This document shows positions 28,357 through 37,320 of a stretch of 64,000 nt of DNA, one piece after another. The position numbers and the translations under genes were made by a program. Source of the stretch: Bacillales bacterium (lineage in GTDB: Bacteria; Bacillota; Bacilli; Paenibacillales; CANHCR01). Each line of letters begins with the position of its first letter. The first letter of the stretch is position 1. The stretch lies in the NCBI GenBank assembly GCA_947459205.1, contig CANHCR010000001.1, positions 143,421 to 207,420 of the forward strand, read 5' to 3'. Below the pieces are notes generated by a model that saw only the letters and a list, made by a program, of their open reading frames with translations, made no database searches and was not told the origin of the DNA.

Positions 28357-28752
28357 ATGAAAGACCAATCACTATTTCTTGCTGTTTGCAAAGACAAACC
28401 AGAAGATCCGGACGGCTTTTACTACACTGTCTATCTTGTGAACAACTCGGCCTCCACGCTGACCAATGTGCGCATGGAAACGTACGGCTATTGCACGATG
28501 GATGACGAGTTGGTGACCACGAGCACCTACACCGAAAATTTTGGCGAACTCGCACCGTTTAGCGCATTGGAAATCGAAAACGATGATGACGGCACGTTTG
28601 ACTTTGTCATTCTGTTCACCTTCGAATACAACTTGAACGGTGCGGTGAAAAAGCACACCTTTCAAATCGACAAATACATGAGAGGTGGCGTCAAACCATT
28701 CTCGCCATTGCCCGTGCTCAACAAACTCGGGCGTGTGTTTTATAAAAATTAG
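28357..28752 (+). CDS. Hypothetical protein (131 aa)
   Basis: The ORF has coding-like composition. AAGGA lies 12 nt upstream of ATG 28357, and the track start is 28345. I recognise no family. Confidence 0.5.
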   Translation: MKDQSLFLAVCKDKPEDPDGFYYTVYLVNNSASTLTNVRMETYGYCTMDDELVTTSTYTENFGELAPFSALEIENDDDGTFDFVILFTFEYNLNGAVKKHTFQIDKYMRGGVKPFSPLPVLNKLGRVFYKN

Positions 28753-28774
28753 ACTTAGAAAAAATAATCAATAA

Positions 28775-28817
28775 TTAACAAACAGTTAACTTGCACTTAA
28801 CATGTAGCGGTTACTAT
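28775..28817 (+). promoter_or_regulatory. PhoP-box promoter of phoP
   Basis: Direct hexamers TTAACA (28775), TTAACT (28786) and TTAACA (28797) sit at exact 11-bp phase. A -10-like TACTAT follows at 28812. No -35 hexamer is present. Confidence 0.65.
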
Positions 28818-28836
28818 GGAGTATGAGGTGATAGCG

Positions 28837-29547
28837 ATGACACAAAAGATTTTGGTTGTCGAAGATGAAGTCATGCTCGCGCGGTTACTGTCGTACAATT
28901 TGCAACAGCAAGGCTATGAAGTCACAGTTTGTGATAACGGCAACGACGGCTTGAAGGCAGCGCTCAGCAATGAATACAGCATGATTTTGCTCGACGTGAT
29001 GTTGCCTGGCATGACTGGGTTCGAAGTGCTGAGCGAAGTTCGCAAAGCATCGCTCCGTGTGCCAATCATCATTTTGACAGCGCGCAACGCGGAAGAAGAA
29101 ATTGTACAGGGGTTGAATGAAGGAGCGGACGACTACATTACGAAGCCGTTCGGTGTCGCTGAATTACTTGCCCGTTTGGCGGCCATCTTCCGACGATCCG
29201 GTCAATCTGACACGTACAATCTTGCCGCGAAACCACTCGTTGATAAGACGATTAGCATTGGCAACCTAATTCTTTATCCCGAAAAATACGAGGTGAAGCT
29301 TAAAGGTGTATCGCTGCAACTGCGACCGAAAGAGTTCGAATTGCTTCAGTACTTTATGCTTCGTCCTGGGATTGTCGTCGCACGAAACGATCTGATGGAT
29401 GAAGTGTGGGGCTATGATTACATCGGCGGTCAGCGGACGGTTGACGTTCATGTCAGTTCGCTTCGTAAAAAGATGGAGGCTGTACAACCGTGGCCACGCA
29501 TCGAACCGGTTCATGGCATCGGCTACAAATTAATCGTCGAGCCATAA
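28837..29547 (+). CDS. phoP: OmpR/PhoB-family response regulator PhoP
   Basis: The receiver motifs are ILVVEDE...ILLDVMLPG...ILTA..., and the winged-helix C-terminus is LRPKEFELL......V..R..L...VWGYDY.GG.RTVDVH...LRKK. A GAGGTG RBS lies 6 nt upstream of ATG 28837. The Pho locus context supports the call. Confidence 0.9.
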   Translation: MTQKILVVEDEVMLARLLSYNLQQQGYEVTVCDNGNDGLKAALSNEYSMILLDVMLPGMTGFEVLSEVRKASLRVPIIILTARNAEEEIVQGLNEGADDYITKPFGVAELLARLAAIFRRSGQSDTYNLAAKPLVDKTISIGNLILYPEKYEVKLKGVSLQLRPKEFELLQYFMLRPGIVVARNDLMDEVWGYDYIGGQRTVDVHVSSLRKKMEAVQPWPRIEPVHGIGYKLIVEP

Positions 29548-29551
29548 AAAT

Positions 29552-29605
29552 TTAACATTCATTTAACAAACAATTAACGTCATTTTGATATTGCACCGCT
29601 AAAAT
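29552..29605 (+). promoter_or_regulatory. PhoP-box promoter of pstB1-phoU-phoR
   Basis: Hexamers TTAACA (29552), TTAACA (29563), TTAACG (29574) and TTGATA (29585) sit at 11-bp phase. The -10 TAAAAT is at 29600-29605. Confidence 0.7.
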
Positions 29606-29654
29606 GAAATTTATACTTGAGCGGATTTTAGACAAGGGGAGTTGTAGAAATACC

Positions 29655-30434
29655 GTGGAAAAAACATTGACACAAACAAGCACAAGCAAGATCCACGTCG
29701 AGAAACTAAATCTGTTCTATGGAACGCACCAGGCTTTGTTTGACGTTGATATAAAAGTCAAACCGCAATCAATCACTGCTTTCATTGGTCCGTCGGGTTG
29801 TGGCAAATCGACGTTTCTGCGCACATTAAATCGCATGAACGATTTAATAAACGGAGTCACAATTAACGGGAAAGTGCTCGTCGATAACGAAGACATCTAT
29901 GCGGATACCGTCGATATTGAGTCGCTGCGCAAACGTGTCGGCATGGTGTTTCAGCGTCCAAACCCATTTCCAATGAGCATTTTCGACAATGTTGCGTATG
30001 GTCCGCGGCTTCATGGCACGTCTAAGAAAGCACAACTGCAAGAAATCGTTGAGCGTAGCCTGCGTCAAGCAGTATTGTGGGATGAAGTCAAAGATCGCCT
30101 TCATAAGTCAGCTCTTGGCTTGTCTGGCGGTCAACAACAGCGTTTGTGCATCGCACGCTTGCTTGCTGTCGAACCAGACGTACTCTTGATGGACGAGCCA
30201 ACCTCCGCTTTAGATCCGATTTCGACGCTTAAAGTCGAAGAATTAAGCCAAAGCCTGAAATCAAGTTATACGATTATCATTGTGACGCATAATATGCAAC
30301 AGGCAGCACGTATTTCTGATACGACGGCATTTTTCTTGAATGGAAAAATGGTCGAAGTCGGCGAAACGAATTCGATTTTCACCGCACCTAAGGAAAAACA
30401 GACCGAAGATTATATCACCGGTCGTTTTGGATAA
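29655..30434 (+). CDS. pstB: Phosphate ABC transporter ATP-binding protein PstB (paralogue 1, encoded with phoU-phoR)
   Basis: The motifs are Walker [10 protein letters not shown], signature [13 protein letters not shown], Walker [12 protein letters not shown] and the C-terminal [10 protein letters not shown]. The start is uncertain. The track ATG 29604 lies inside the predicted -10 element. GTG 29655 is the first in-frame start downstream (AAGGGGAG lies 13 nt upstream). Confidence 0.85.
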   Translation: MEKTLTQTSTSKIHVEKLNLFYGTHQALFDVDIKVKPQSITAFIGPSGCGKSTFLRTLNRMNDLINGVTINGKVLVDNEDIYADTVDIESLRKRVGMVFQRPNPFPMSIFDNVAYGPRLHGTSKKAQLQEIVERSLRQAVLWDEVKDRLHKSALGLSGGQQQRLCIARLLAVEPDVLLMDEPTSALDPISTLKVEELSQSLKSSYTIIIVTHNMQQAARISDTTAFFLNGKMVEVGETNSIFTAPKEKQTEDYITGRFG

Positions 30435-30462
30435 ATAGAGAGAGAAGGGACACGCACACACT

Positions 30463-31122
30463 ATGGATACTCGTTCAAATTTTCACCAATCGTTAGAAGG
30501 TTTGCAAGCAGATTTGCTCAATATGGGCAAAAAAGTAGAGGGCTTGATTCACGACGCAGTGCAGTCGCTCGTCAATATGGATAAGCAGTTGGCAGAAGAA
30601 ATCGTGGCTAGCGACGACCTCGTTGACGACATGTTGCTTTCCATTGAAGAAAGTTGCCTTCGCTTAATTGCTTTGCAACAACCAATGGCGACTGATCTTC
30701 GAATTATCAGTACGGCGCTCAAAATTTCAACGGATTTGGAGCGTATTGCCGATCACGCGGTCGATATTGCAAAAGTTACGATTCGGCTATCTGGTCAAGA
30801 ATTGATTAAGCCGCTTGTCGACATTCCGTTGATGGCGGAAAAAGCACGCGAGATGCTTGTTCAATCGATTGCTGCTTATACCGAGCGAGATGTTGATTTG
30901 GCAGCTTCGCTCGCGCAAAAAGACGACGAAGTCGATCATCTTTACGGCAAAATTTTTCAAGAAGTGCGCGGCATGATGGGTACGGACATTGAAGACAACC
31001 GTCAACTTATCCACTTATTACTCGTTGCGCAATATTTAGAGCGTGTGGCCGACCACACGACCAATATCGGTGAAAGTGTGATCTACATGGTTGTCGGCAA
31101 ACGCAAAGATTTGAACGTGTAA
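30463..31122 (+). CDS. phoU: Phosphate signalling complex protein PhoU
   Basis: It has the two-repeat PhoU architecture with the conserved D..ER..D motifs (TDLERIADHAVDIAK and QYLERVADHTTNIGE). Confidence 0.9.
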   Translation: MDTRSNFHQSLEGLQADLLNMGKKVEGLIHDAVQSLVNMDKQLAEEIVASDDLVDDMLLSIEESCLRLIALQQPMATDLRIISTALKISTDLERIADHAVDIAKVTIRLSGQELIKPLVDIPLMAEKAREMLVQSIAAYTERDVDLAASLAQKDDEVDHLYGKIFQEVRGMMGTDIEDNRQLIHLLLVAQYLERVADHTTNIGESVIYMVVGKRKDLNV

Positions 31123-31126
31123 TTTT

Positions 31127-32884
31127 ATGGGGAAAATCCGCGTCCGCTTGGCAATCGTTTTCATTTCACTGATTGCTGTCTCGGTGCTCATCTGCGGATT
31201 GCTTTCGGCCAAATTGTTGCGTGATTCCTTGCTTGACTCGATGCGCATCAGTTTAGAGGAACAGTTACAGGTCATTAGTCAGCACATTAGCGGTCAGTCA
31301 AACTCGTTTCAAAAGCTTAACGTTAGTGAAAAAAAACAGGTGTTAACCGGACTCGTGCAATCCGCGCATACGAAAATCCGTTGGTTTGATGAGAATCAAA
31401 TTTCATCGGATGAATTGAGTAAGCGAGTGAGAGAGACCATTGCCGACGCGGATAAGCATCATCTGTATATGGACCGCGAAACCGGTGAACACTTGATGCT
31501 CGCAACGGCGTCGTGGCCGAATGATAATCGTCCCCATGGCTACATCGTCTTAGCGAAAAGCGTGGAACGTGTTGACGCATCGACACAAAGATTTTGGAAT
31601 GCATTGGTACTCGGTTTGATTATCGTGTTTGTGGTTGCGTCGATCATCAGTTGGCGTTTGGCCCAAGGGATTACGCAACCCATTGAGAATATTACGCGAA
31701 TTGCCGGTGAAATCAAAACGTTTGAATTTCGCTCTCGTGCAGCTGAACATAACAAAGATGAAATCGGTCAGTTAGGACATGCTATTAATACGATGGCGAC
31801 CAGTCTAGAGCAACAACTATTTCAAATTCGTGAGAATGAGTCGCGCTTCAAAACAGTCTTGGACAACATGGTAACAGGGATCATATTGCTTGATGAAGCA
31901 CAAAACATCACGTTACTGAATGACCGCGCAGCTCAGATGATTGATTATAATCCAGGGCAATTGATTGGACAATCTTACAAGGTAATCAAACATCCATTGG
32001 AGTTACCGGCACTCATTCAATCTTGCATCGAAAGTGGACGTAGTATACGCGAAGAATTGACGATTTACTACCCGGTTGAACGAATTGTAGAAATTAACAT
32101 CGTGCCACTGTATTTAGAAGGAGAACGTTATCGGGGATTGATTGTGATGATTCATGATATTACCACGATTCGCAAATTAGAAATGATGCGTCGCGAATTC
32201 GTTGCCAACGTGTCACACGAAATTAAGACACCGCTAACTGCACTCAAAGGATTTGCCGAAACGTTGCTCTCCGGCGCTTTGGATGACCGCGAAACGGCCC
32301 ATTCATTTTTGCAAATCATTCACAATGAAGCGAATCGACTCAATCGACTCATTACAGATATTTTACAACTATCCAAAATGGAATCAGGTCAGTACACGTT
32401 ATCTTATTCTCCAGTAGAGTTAAAACCACTCTTTGAAAAACTGTTGAAAATGATGAAGACGCAAGCGGATGGCAAAGCGATTGCAATCCAAATCAAAGTG
32501 GAAGATGAGATGTATATCGAAGCAGATGAAGATTTATTACTGCAAATTTTGATTAATCTAACTTCAAATGCGATTAATTACACACCCAATGGTGGAAAAG
32601 TCGGAATTTCTGCAGCTTACATGGAACCCGAGGGTGATTTTGAAAAAATTCGCATGATTGTTTCGGATACGGGAATCGGTATTCCAAAGCAAGATCAAGA
32701 GCGAATCTTCGAACGCTTTTATCGAGTAGACAAAGCGCGTTCACGCGATTCCGGAGGTACAGGCTTAGGTTTGTCAATCGTTAAACACTTAGTAGAACTT
32801 CATCACGGAACGATTTCTGTGGAAAGTCGACCTGGTTTTGGATCTGAATTTTCAATCGAATTGCCGTTAATGCAACAAAAATAA
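31127..32884 (+). CDS. phoR: Phosphate-sensing histidine kinase PhoR (2 TM + extracytoplasmic loop, HAMP, PAS, HisKA, HATPase)
   Basis: The H-box is FVANVSHEIKTPLTAL. The N, G1 and G2 boxes are LTSNAINYT, DTGIGIP and GGTGLGLSIVKH. TM segments flank a ~130-aa loop. The start lies 4 nt after the phoU stop. Confidence 0.9.
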   Translation: MGKIRVRLAIVFISLIAVSVLICGLLSAKLLRDSLLDSMRISLEEQLQVISQHISGQSNSFQKLNVSEKKQVLTGLVQSAHTKIRWFDENQISSDELSKRVRETIADADKHHLYMDRETGEHLMLATASWPNDNRPHGYIVLAKSVERVDASTQRFWNALVLGLIIVFVVASIISWRLAQGITQPIENITRIAGEIKTFEFRSRAAEHNKDEIGQLGHAINTMATSLEQQLFQIRENESRFKTVLDNMVTGIILLDEAQNITLLNDRAAQMIDYNPGQLIGQSYKVIKHPLELPALIQSCIESGRSIREELTIYYPVERIVEINIVPLYLEGERYRGLIVMIHDITTIRKLEMMRREFVANVSHEIKTPLTALKGFAETLLSGALDDRETAHSFLQIIHNEANRLNRLITDILQLSKMESGQYTLSYSPVELKPLFEKLLKMMKTQADGKAIAIQIKVEDEMYIEADEDLLLQILINLTSNAINYTPNGGKVGISAAYMEPEGDFEKIRMIVSDTGIGIPKQDQERIFERFYRVDKARSRDSGGTGLGLSIVKHLVELHHGTISVESRPGFGSEFSIELPLMQQK

Positions 32885-32919
32885 ATGATTAAAAAATTGT
32901 AAACGGACAACATCTAAAA

Positions 32920-32960
32920 TTAATCAAGATTTCACACTTAATTGATGAGAGAATAATAAT
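32920..32960 (+). promoter_or_regulatory. PhoP-box-like promoter of the stalk/propeller-pstS1 operon
   Basis: Hexamers TTAATC (32920), TTCACA (32931) and TTGATG (32942) sit at 11-bp phase. A -10-like AATAAT lies at 32955-32960. The hexamers are weaker than at phoP and pstB1. Confidence 0.45.
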
Positions 32961-33012
32961 CGCCAAGTAGAATGAACATGTAACAAATATCAATTGTGGG
33001 AGTGAGACAATC

Positions 33013-34545
33013 ATGAAAGTTAGTTCGATGAAAAAAGTAGTCTCGGTAGTGCTCGCAACATCCATGTTGCTGTCAGCACAATTCGTTGCAACGAGCGCGT
33101 TTGCAGCGGCGAAAACTAGCGTAGCAACAAAGGCAAATGTGAAGTTGGTCAAGTCGAATACTGTGAAACCGACAGTACCTGTATTGAAAGTCAATCCGAT
33201 CAGCATTGTACTTGATGGAAAAAATGTTTCCATCGATTCAGTCACTCAAAGCGGGGGCACATTGGTTAACCTCAGAACATTCGTCGGACAAGTCGGTGCG
33301 ACAATGGCGAATGATGTGAAAACAAAGACAGTCACGGTGAAAAAAAATACCATTACATTAGCTTTAAAAGCGAATGATAAGTTTGTAAATCTAAACAATC
33401 AAAGAAAATTCATCACACATGCACCGCGTGTAGTGAATGGCAGAACGTTTGTTGAAATCAATCAGTTGACGACTTTACTAGGCGGTGAAGTGTTAACTCA
33501 AGATGACGACTCTCAAGAATATGTGTCATTTAAATTGCTGGAAGGTGCAATTAATCCGCAATGGTTGAACGAAAGTACCGTTCTTGTCACGAAACAAAGT
33601 GAAACCATGTTTGAACATTTTACGGTAAATATCGACAATCGTAAATATACGAAATTAAACATCACGGTTGACACAGAAATTGTCGAGGCTTCTCCGGATG
33701 GCACGAAAATTGCGTACACCGATGACAACTCTAACGTTTACGTTTATAATCTAGCTTTTGATAAAGAAAGTAAAATTAGTGAAGATACAGTTACAAAACT
33801 TGAATTGACTTGGGCTGATGACAGTAATTCGTTGTATTACATCGATGGCGAACGTCAAAATGCGATTTGTAACATCACGATTGCAGACGGTGTTATCAAG
33901 AAACTAGTAGATGACAAGGTGGATTACAAATCAGATTTATTCGTACTTTCTAATTCGACCTTGTTGTACACAGTGACAAAACAAAGTAAAGTTACTCAAG
34001 ATACTACCGGCATTAAAGATGGAGAAGAACTTCCGGATTTTGATGTTACAATCGATCCTGCAGGTACTGAACCGACTTTATATAAGGTTGATTTAACAGC
34101 TGAAGTAAAGACACCTGTGGTGATTACTACTACCCTTGAGAATAAAACGCACACTGGATTACTTGCCAATGGAACAGCAGTATATTTTAGCACAGATTTT
34201 AATGATGAGAATGCGGTTCCTATTTTAAGAACAGTCGATAGCAAACTAGCGGCAACGAATCACATCTTATTCAATGTTGAACTGATTAGCGGGCAAGTCG
34301 TTGCGGATAACAAATTAATTGTACTTGGCATCGTGACCGAGCAAAATAAAGAAGGCGAAGTCATTGAAAAACAGTTTGTTTTCGAAGTAGATCCTCTAAA
34401 AGGGAAAGCGAAAACCATCGCTGAGACACCGCTAGAAATTTCAACAGTAAAAGCAGGTCTGCCTAAAAACGCACTTGTTTCTCAAGATGTTGACGGCAAG
34501 ACTTATGTTTGGAAAAACGACAACTGGTTCCTGCTAGCAAGATAA
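33013..34545 (+). CDS. Secreted protein X1: signal peptide, copper-amine-oxidase-N-terminal-like stalk domain, then a C-terminal PD40/TolB-like beta-propeller region. Function unknown.
   Basis: The signal peptide is ...LLSAQFVATSAFA/AA. The stalk-domain pattern is ISIVLDGKNVSID......GGTLVNLR.F....GATM......KTVTV.K...T..L.......VNLNNQ...I.HAPRVVNGRTFVEINQL...LGGEV. PD40-type blades are present (ASPDGTKIAYTDD..NVYVYNL, LANGTAVYFST). It is a paralogue of 38375..39997. Confidence 0.8.
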   Translation: MKVSSMKKVVSVVLATSMLLSAQFVATSAFAAAKTSVATKANVKLVKSNTVKPTVPVLKVNPISIVLDGKNVSIDSVTQSGGTLVNLRTFVGQVGATMANDVKTKTVTVKKNTITLALKANDKFVNLNNQRKFITHAPRVVNGRTFVEINQLTTLLGGEVLTQDDDSQEYVSFKLLEGAINPQWLNESTVLVTKQSETMFEHFTVNIDNRKYTKLNITVDTEIVEASPDGTKIAYTDDNSNVYVYNLAFDKESKISEDTVTKLELTWADDSNSLYYIDGERQNAICNITIADGVIKKLVDDKVDYKSDLFVLSNSTLLYTVTKQSKVTQDTTGIKDGEELPDFDVTIDPAGTEPTLYKVDLTAEVKTPVVITTTLENKTHTGLLANGTAVYFSTDFNDENAVPILRTVDSKLAATNHILFNVELISGQVVADNKLIVLGIVTEQNKEGEVIEKQFVFEVDPLKGKAKTIAETPLEISTVKAGLPKNALVSQDVDGKTYVWKNDNWFLLAR

Positions 34546-34583
34546 TTTATCATAACAAAACTAATAAAAAAGGAGTTTGAGAA

Positions 34584-35426
34584 ATGAAAAAAATTACGAT
34601 TGTCATGCTTGCTGTTGCAATGTTTTTGTCGATATTTGCAATCGGAGCACAAGCTAGAACTGTCTCAGGAAGTATAACGATTAACGGATCGTCAGCCTTG
34701 CTTCCGTTGATGCTTCAAGCGAAAAAGGAATTTACTGCTAGAAACCCGCGGGTGAAAATGGCTGTATCTGGTACTTCTTCAATTTCCGGTCCACAATCCG
34801 TTAGAAGAGGTGTAGCACAGATTGGTACGTGTGATTGGGATGCTTCGACTAATGTGCCTGGTTTCAAAAAGTTTGACGGGTTGGTTGCTAATAAAGTTGC
34901 CGCGATTCCGTTTGCAACGATTGTCAATTCCGCGAATCCGGTTAACAACCTTACTCAACAACAACTAATAGATATTTATACAGGTAAAATCACGAATTGG
35001 AGTCAAGTGGGCGGTAATGATGCTCCAATCGTTGTTGTCAATCGTGCCTTCGGTTCAGGAACACGTGTAAACTACACTGCAAAAGCATTGAACGGTGCAA
35101 CAATCATTAGAAGCGGTGCAAATTATAAAGAAGCGAGTTCGTCAGGTGTGATGGCAACTACAGTGAGAACTACGCCAAATGCAATCGGTTATATCGATCT
35201 TGTATATGTTACTTCCGGTATGAAAGCATTGAGTTTCAATGGAGTGGCACCAACGGTAGCGAATGTCATCAACAAATCTTATCCGATTTGGGGTTACGGT
35301 TACATGATGACAAAAGGACAACCAACAGGAGCAACAAAAGCATTTATCGATTTTGTACAAGGTAAAACGTTCCAAAACGGTGCTGTGAAAAAAATGAAAT
35401 TCATTCCGATTGGCGCAATCAAATAA
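34584..35426 (+). CDS. pstS: Phosphate-binding protein PstS (paralogue 1), with an SPase-I-type signal peptide and no lipobox
   Basis: PBP-like pattern is present (GSSALLPL....A..F.......V.VSGTSS..G......G.A.IG.CD....). It lies directly upstream of pstC-pstA-pstB. An AGGAG RBS is present. The N-terminus is MKKITIVMLAVAMFLSIFAIGAQA/RTV, and the first Cys is near residue 82. Confidence 0.85.
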   Translation: MKKITIVMLAVAMFLSIFAIGAQARTVSGSITINGSSALLPLMLQAKKEFTARNPRVKMAVSGTSSISGPQSVRRGVAQIGTCDWDASTNVPGFKKFDGLVANKVAAIPFATIVNSANPVNNLTQQQLIDIYTGKITNWSQVGGNDAPIVVVNRAFGSGTRVNYTAKALNGATIIRSGANYKEASSSGVMATTVRTTPNAIGYIDLVYVTSGMKALSFNGVAPTVANVINKSYPIWGYGYMMTKGQPTGATKAFIDFVQGKTFQNGAVKKMKFIPIGAIK

Positions 35427-35457
35427 TCTTTACAATACGATTACAAAATAAAAGACA

Positions 35458-35492
35458 CCAGCCTCAATAGCAGATTGAGGCTGGTTTGTGTG
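35458..35492 (+). terminator. Intra-operon hairpin/partial terminator between pstS1 and pstC
   Basis: CCAGCCTCAA-tagcaga-TTGAGGCTGG is a perfect 10-bp stem followed by TTTGTGTGT. It lies 15 nt upstream of the pstC RBS. Confidence 0.6.
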
Positions 35493-35506
35493 TAGGAGGC
35501 TCAGTC

Positions 35507-36427
35507 ATGCAGCAAACCAATTCAACTGCTTCAAAAATGTCCGGCAGACACTGGCGACTGATGTTCAGTGATCAAGTTTTTAAATGGTTCTGTTTGTTTA
35601 GCGCAATCGTGCTTTGTGTCGTGCTATTTTCAATCGTCTTCTTCATGGGAAAAACAGGAGTCCTTACTTTCGAATTTGTAAAAGTCACAGAATACTTCTT
35701 CTCACTCAATTGGAATCCCGGATTTGATGAAACCGCTACATACGGAGCAGGGATTTTCTTCATCGGAACCATTTTGTTAACATTGCTGACGCTTATCATC
35801 AGCGTGCCGATTTCTGTCGGAATCGCAGTGTTTTTGGCGGAAATTGCACCTACACGTCTAAAAGAAACGGTCCGTCCAATCCTTGACTTATTGGTCGGTA
35901 TTCCATCTGTCATTTATGGTTTTCTCGGTCTTACTATTTTAGTTCCATTTGTTGCAAAAGTGTTTGGCACACAATTGGGCGATGGATTACTTGCTGCTGC
36001 ACTTGTTTTGTCCTTGATGGTATTGCCAACCATCGGCCGAATCAGCGATGACTCAATTGAGGCGGTTCCACAAAAGTATCGAGAAGCTGCTTATGCGATG
36101 GGGTGTACCAAACTACAAACGATTTTTTTCGTTGTTTTGCCAGCCGCACGAAGAGGGATTGTATCAGCAATCATCCTCGGTATGACACGTGCGCTGGGTG
36201 AAACGATGGCGGTCGTCATGGTTATCGGTAACGTACCGCAACTCGCTGAAAGTTTGGTTCAGCCGACAAGCGTTTTGACAAGCAATATCGTTATGCAAAT
36301 TATGGCTGTACCATTTGAATCCACTTGGAATTATGCGTTATTCTTCATGGGATTCAGTTTGCTCGTCGTTGCCTTGCTGTTGATTGTGTTCGTGCGAATT
36401 ATCAATAATCGTAGCGAGGTGCAATGA
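35507..36427 (+). CDS. pstC: Phosphate ABC transporter permease PstC
   Basis: It is polytopic, with the EAA-loop region (...ISDDSIEAVP..YREAAYAMG.TK.QT...V.LPAA..GI). An AGGAGG RBS lies 7 nt upstream of ATG 35507. Confidence 0.9.
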   Translation: MQQTNSTASKMSGRHWRLMFSDQVFKWFCLFSAIVLCVVLFSIVFFMGKTGVLTFEFVKVTEYFFSLNWNPGFDETATYGAGIFFIGTILLTLLTLIISVPISVGIAVFLAEIAPTRLKETVRPILDLLVGIPSVIYGFLGLTILVPFVAKVFGTQLGDGLLAAALVLSLMVLPTIGRISDDSIEAVPQKYREAAYAMGCTKLQTIFFVVLPAARRGIVSAIILGMTRALGETMAVVMVIGNVPQLAESLVQPTSVLTSNIVMQIMAVPFESTWNYALFFMGFSLLVVALLLIVFVRIINNRSEVQ

Positions 36428-37305
36428 TGCAAAATTTAAAAGATTTTAAAGCTTCCAAACTAGCCAAAATCTTTAATCAGTTTTTTATGGTTAGCATGTG
36501 GGTACTCGGTATTATTACTGTTTTTTTTGTTTTGCTATTACTTTTCTTAATTCTTAAAGATGGATTGCCTTATGTGACATGGGATTTTGTGATCGGTTTG
36601 CCTAGCGAAATTGATGCAGGTGGCGGTATTGGTCCGATGTTGCTCAACTCATTCTATGTGACAATTTTATCATTGCTAGTTTCCATACCGATATCGTTAG
36701 GCGCCGGCATATACCTCGCCGAGTATGCACCAGACAATAAGTTGACGTCAACCATTCGTGTTTGCGTAGAAGGCTTGTCTTCCGTACCTTCCATCGTATT
36801 CGGTCTGATCGGGATTGCACTTTTTGTCGAATATTTTCAAATCGGATTGACGATTATCGGTGCATCATTAAGTTTGGCCATGTTAAATTTACCTTTGTTG
36901 ACACGCGTTTCTGAGGAGTCGATTCGTGCGGTACCGCACAGTTACCGTGAAGGATCTTACGCTCTCGGCGCAACAAAATTACAAACCATTTTTAAAGTCG
37001 TAATTCCTGTTGCGATGAGAGGACTCATTACAGGACTCAGTCTTGTAGCGGGACGTGCGTTCGGTGAATCAGCAGTAATTATTCTAGCCGGCGGTGTAAA
37101 TGCTTCTGCTGAGATGTGGGATTTCAGTTTGTTTTCACCTGGCGGTACGCTTGCCGTTCACTTATGGTATGTACAGTCAGAAGCGATTGTTCCGGATGCC
37201 AAAGAAATTGCTCATAAATCGGCTGCCGTGTTATTGTTTGTCGTATTAGCCATTAACCTACTATTCCGTATTCCGCTTTGGTGGATGGAACGGAAGATGA
37301 AATAG
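36424..37305 (+). CDS. pstA: Phosphate ABC transporter permease PstA
   Basis: It is polytopic, with the EAA loop (SEESIRAVP.SYREGSYALGATKLQT...V..P.A..G.ITG). The start overlaps the pstC stop. Confidence 0.9.
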   Translation: MMQNLKDFKASKLAKIFNQFFMVSMWVLGIITVFFVLLLLFLILKDGLPYVTWDFVIGLPSEIDAGGGIGPMLLNSFYVTILSLLVSIPISLGAGIYLAEYAPDNKLTSTIRVCVEGLSSVPSIVFGLIGIALFVEYFQIGLTIIGASLSLAMLNLPLLTRVSEESIRAVPHSYREGSYALGATKLQTIFKVVIPVAMRGLITGLSLVAGRAFGESAVIILAGGVNASAEMWDFSLFSPGGTLAVHLWYVQSEAIVPDAKEIAHKSAAVLLFVVLAINLLFRIPLWWMERKMK

Positions 37306-37320
37306 GAGGCTCCATCCCCA

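Noticed and set aside
29604-29654. The track start codon (ATG 29604) for pstB1, which would give an [17 protein letters not shown] extension.
   Set aside because: The ATG lies inside the predicted TAAAAT -10 element of the Pho-box promoter, so it would be upstream of the transcript start. The extension is also not PstB-like. This stays uncertain until the transcription start is mapped.
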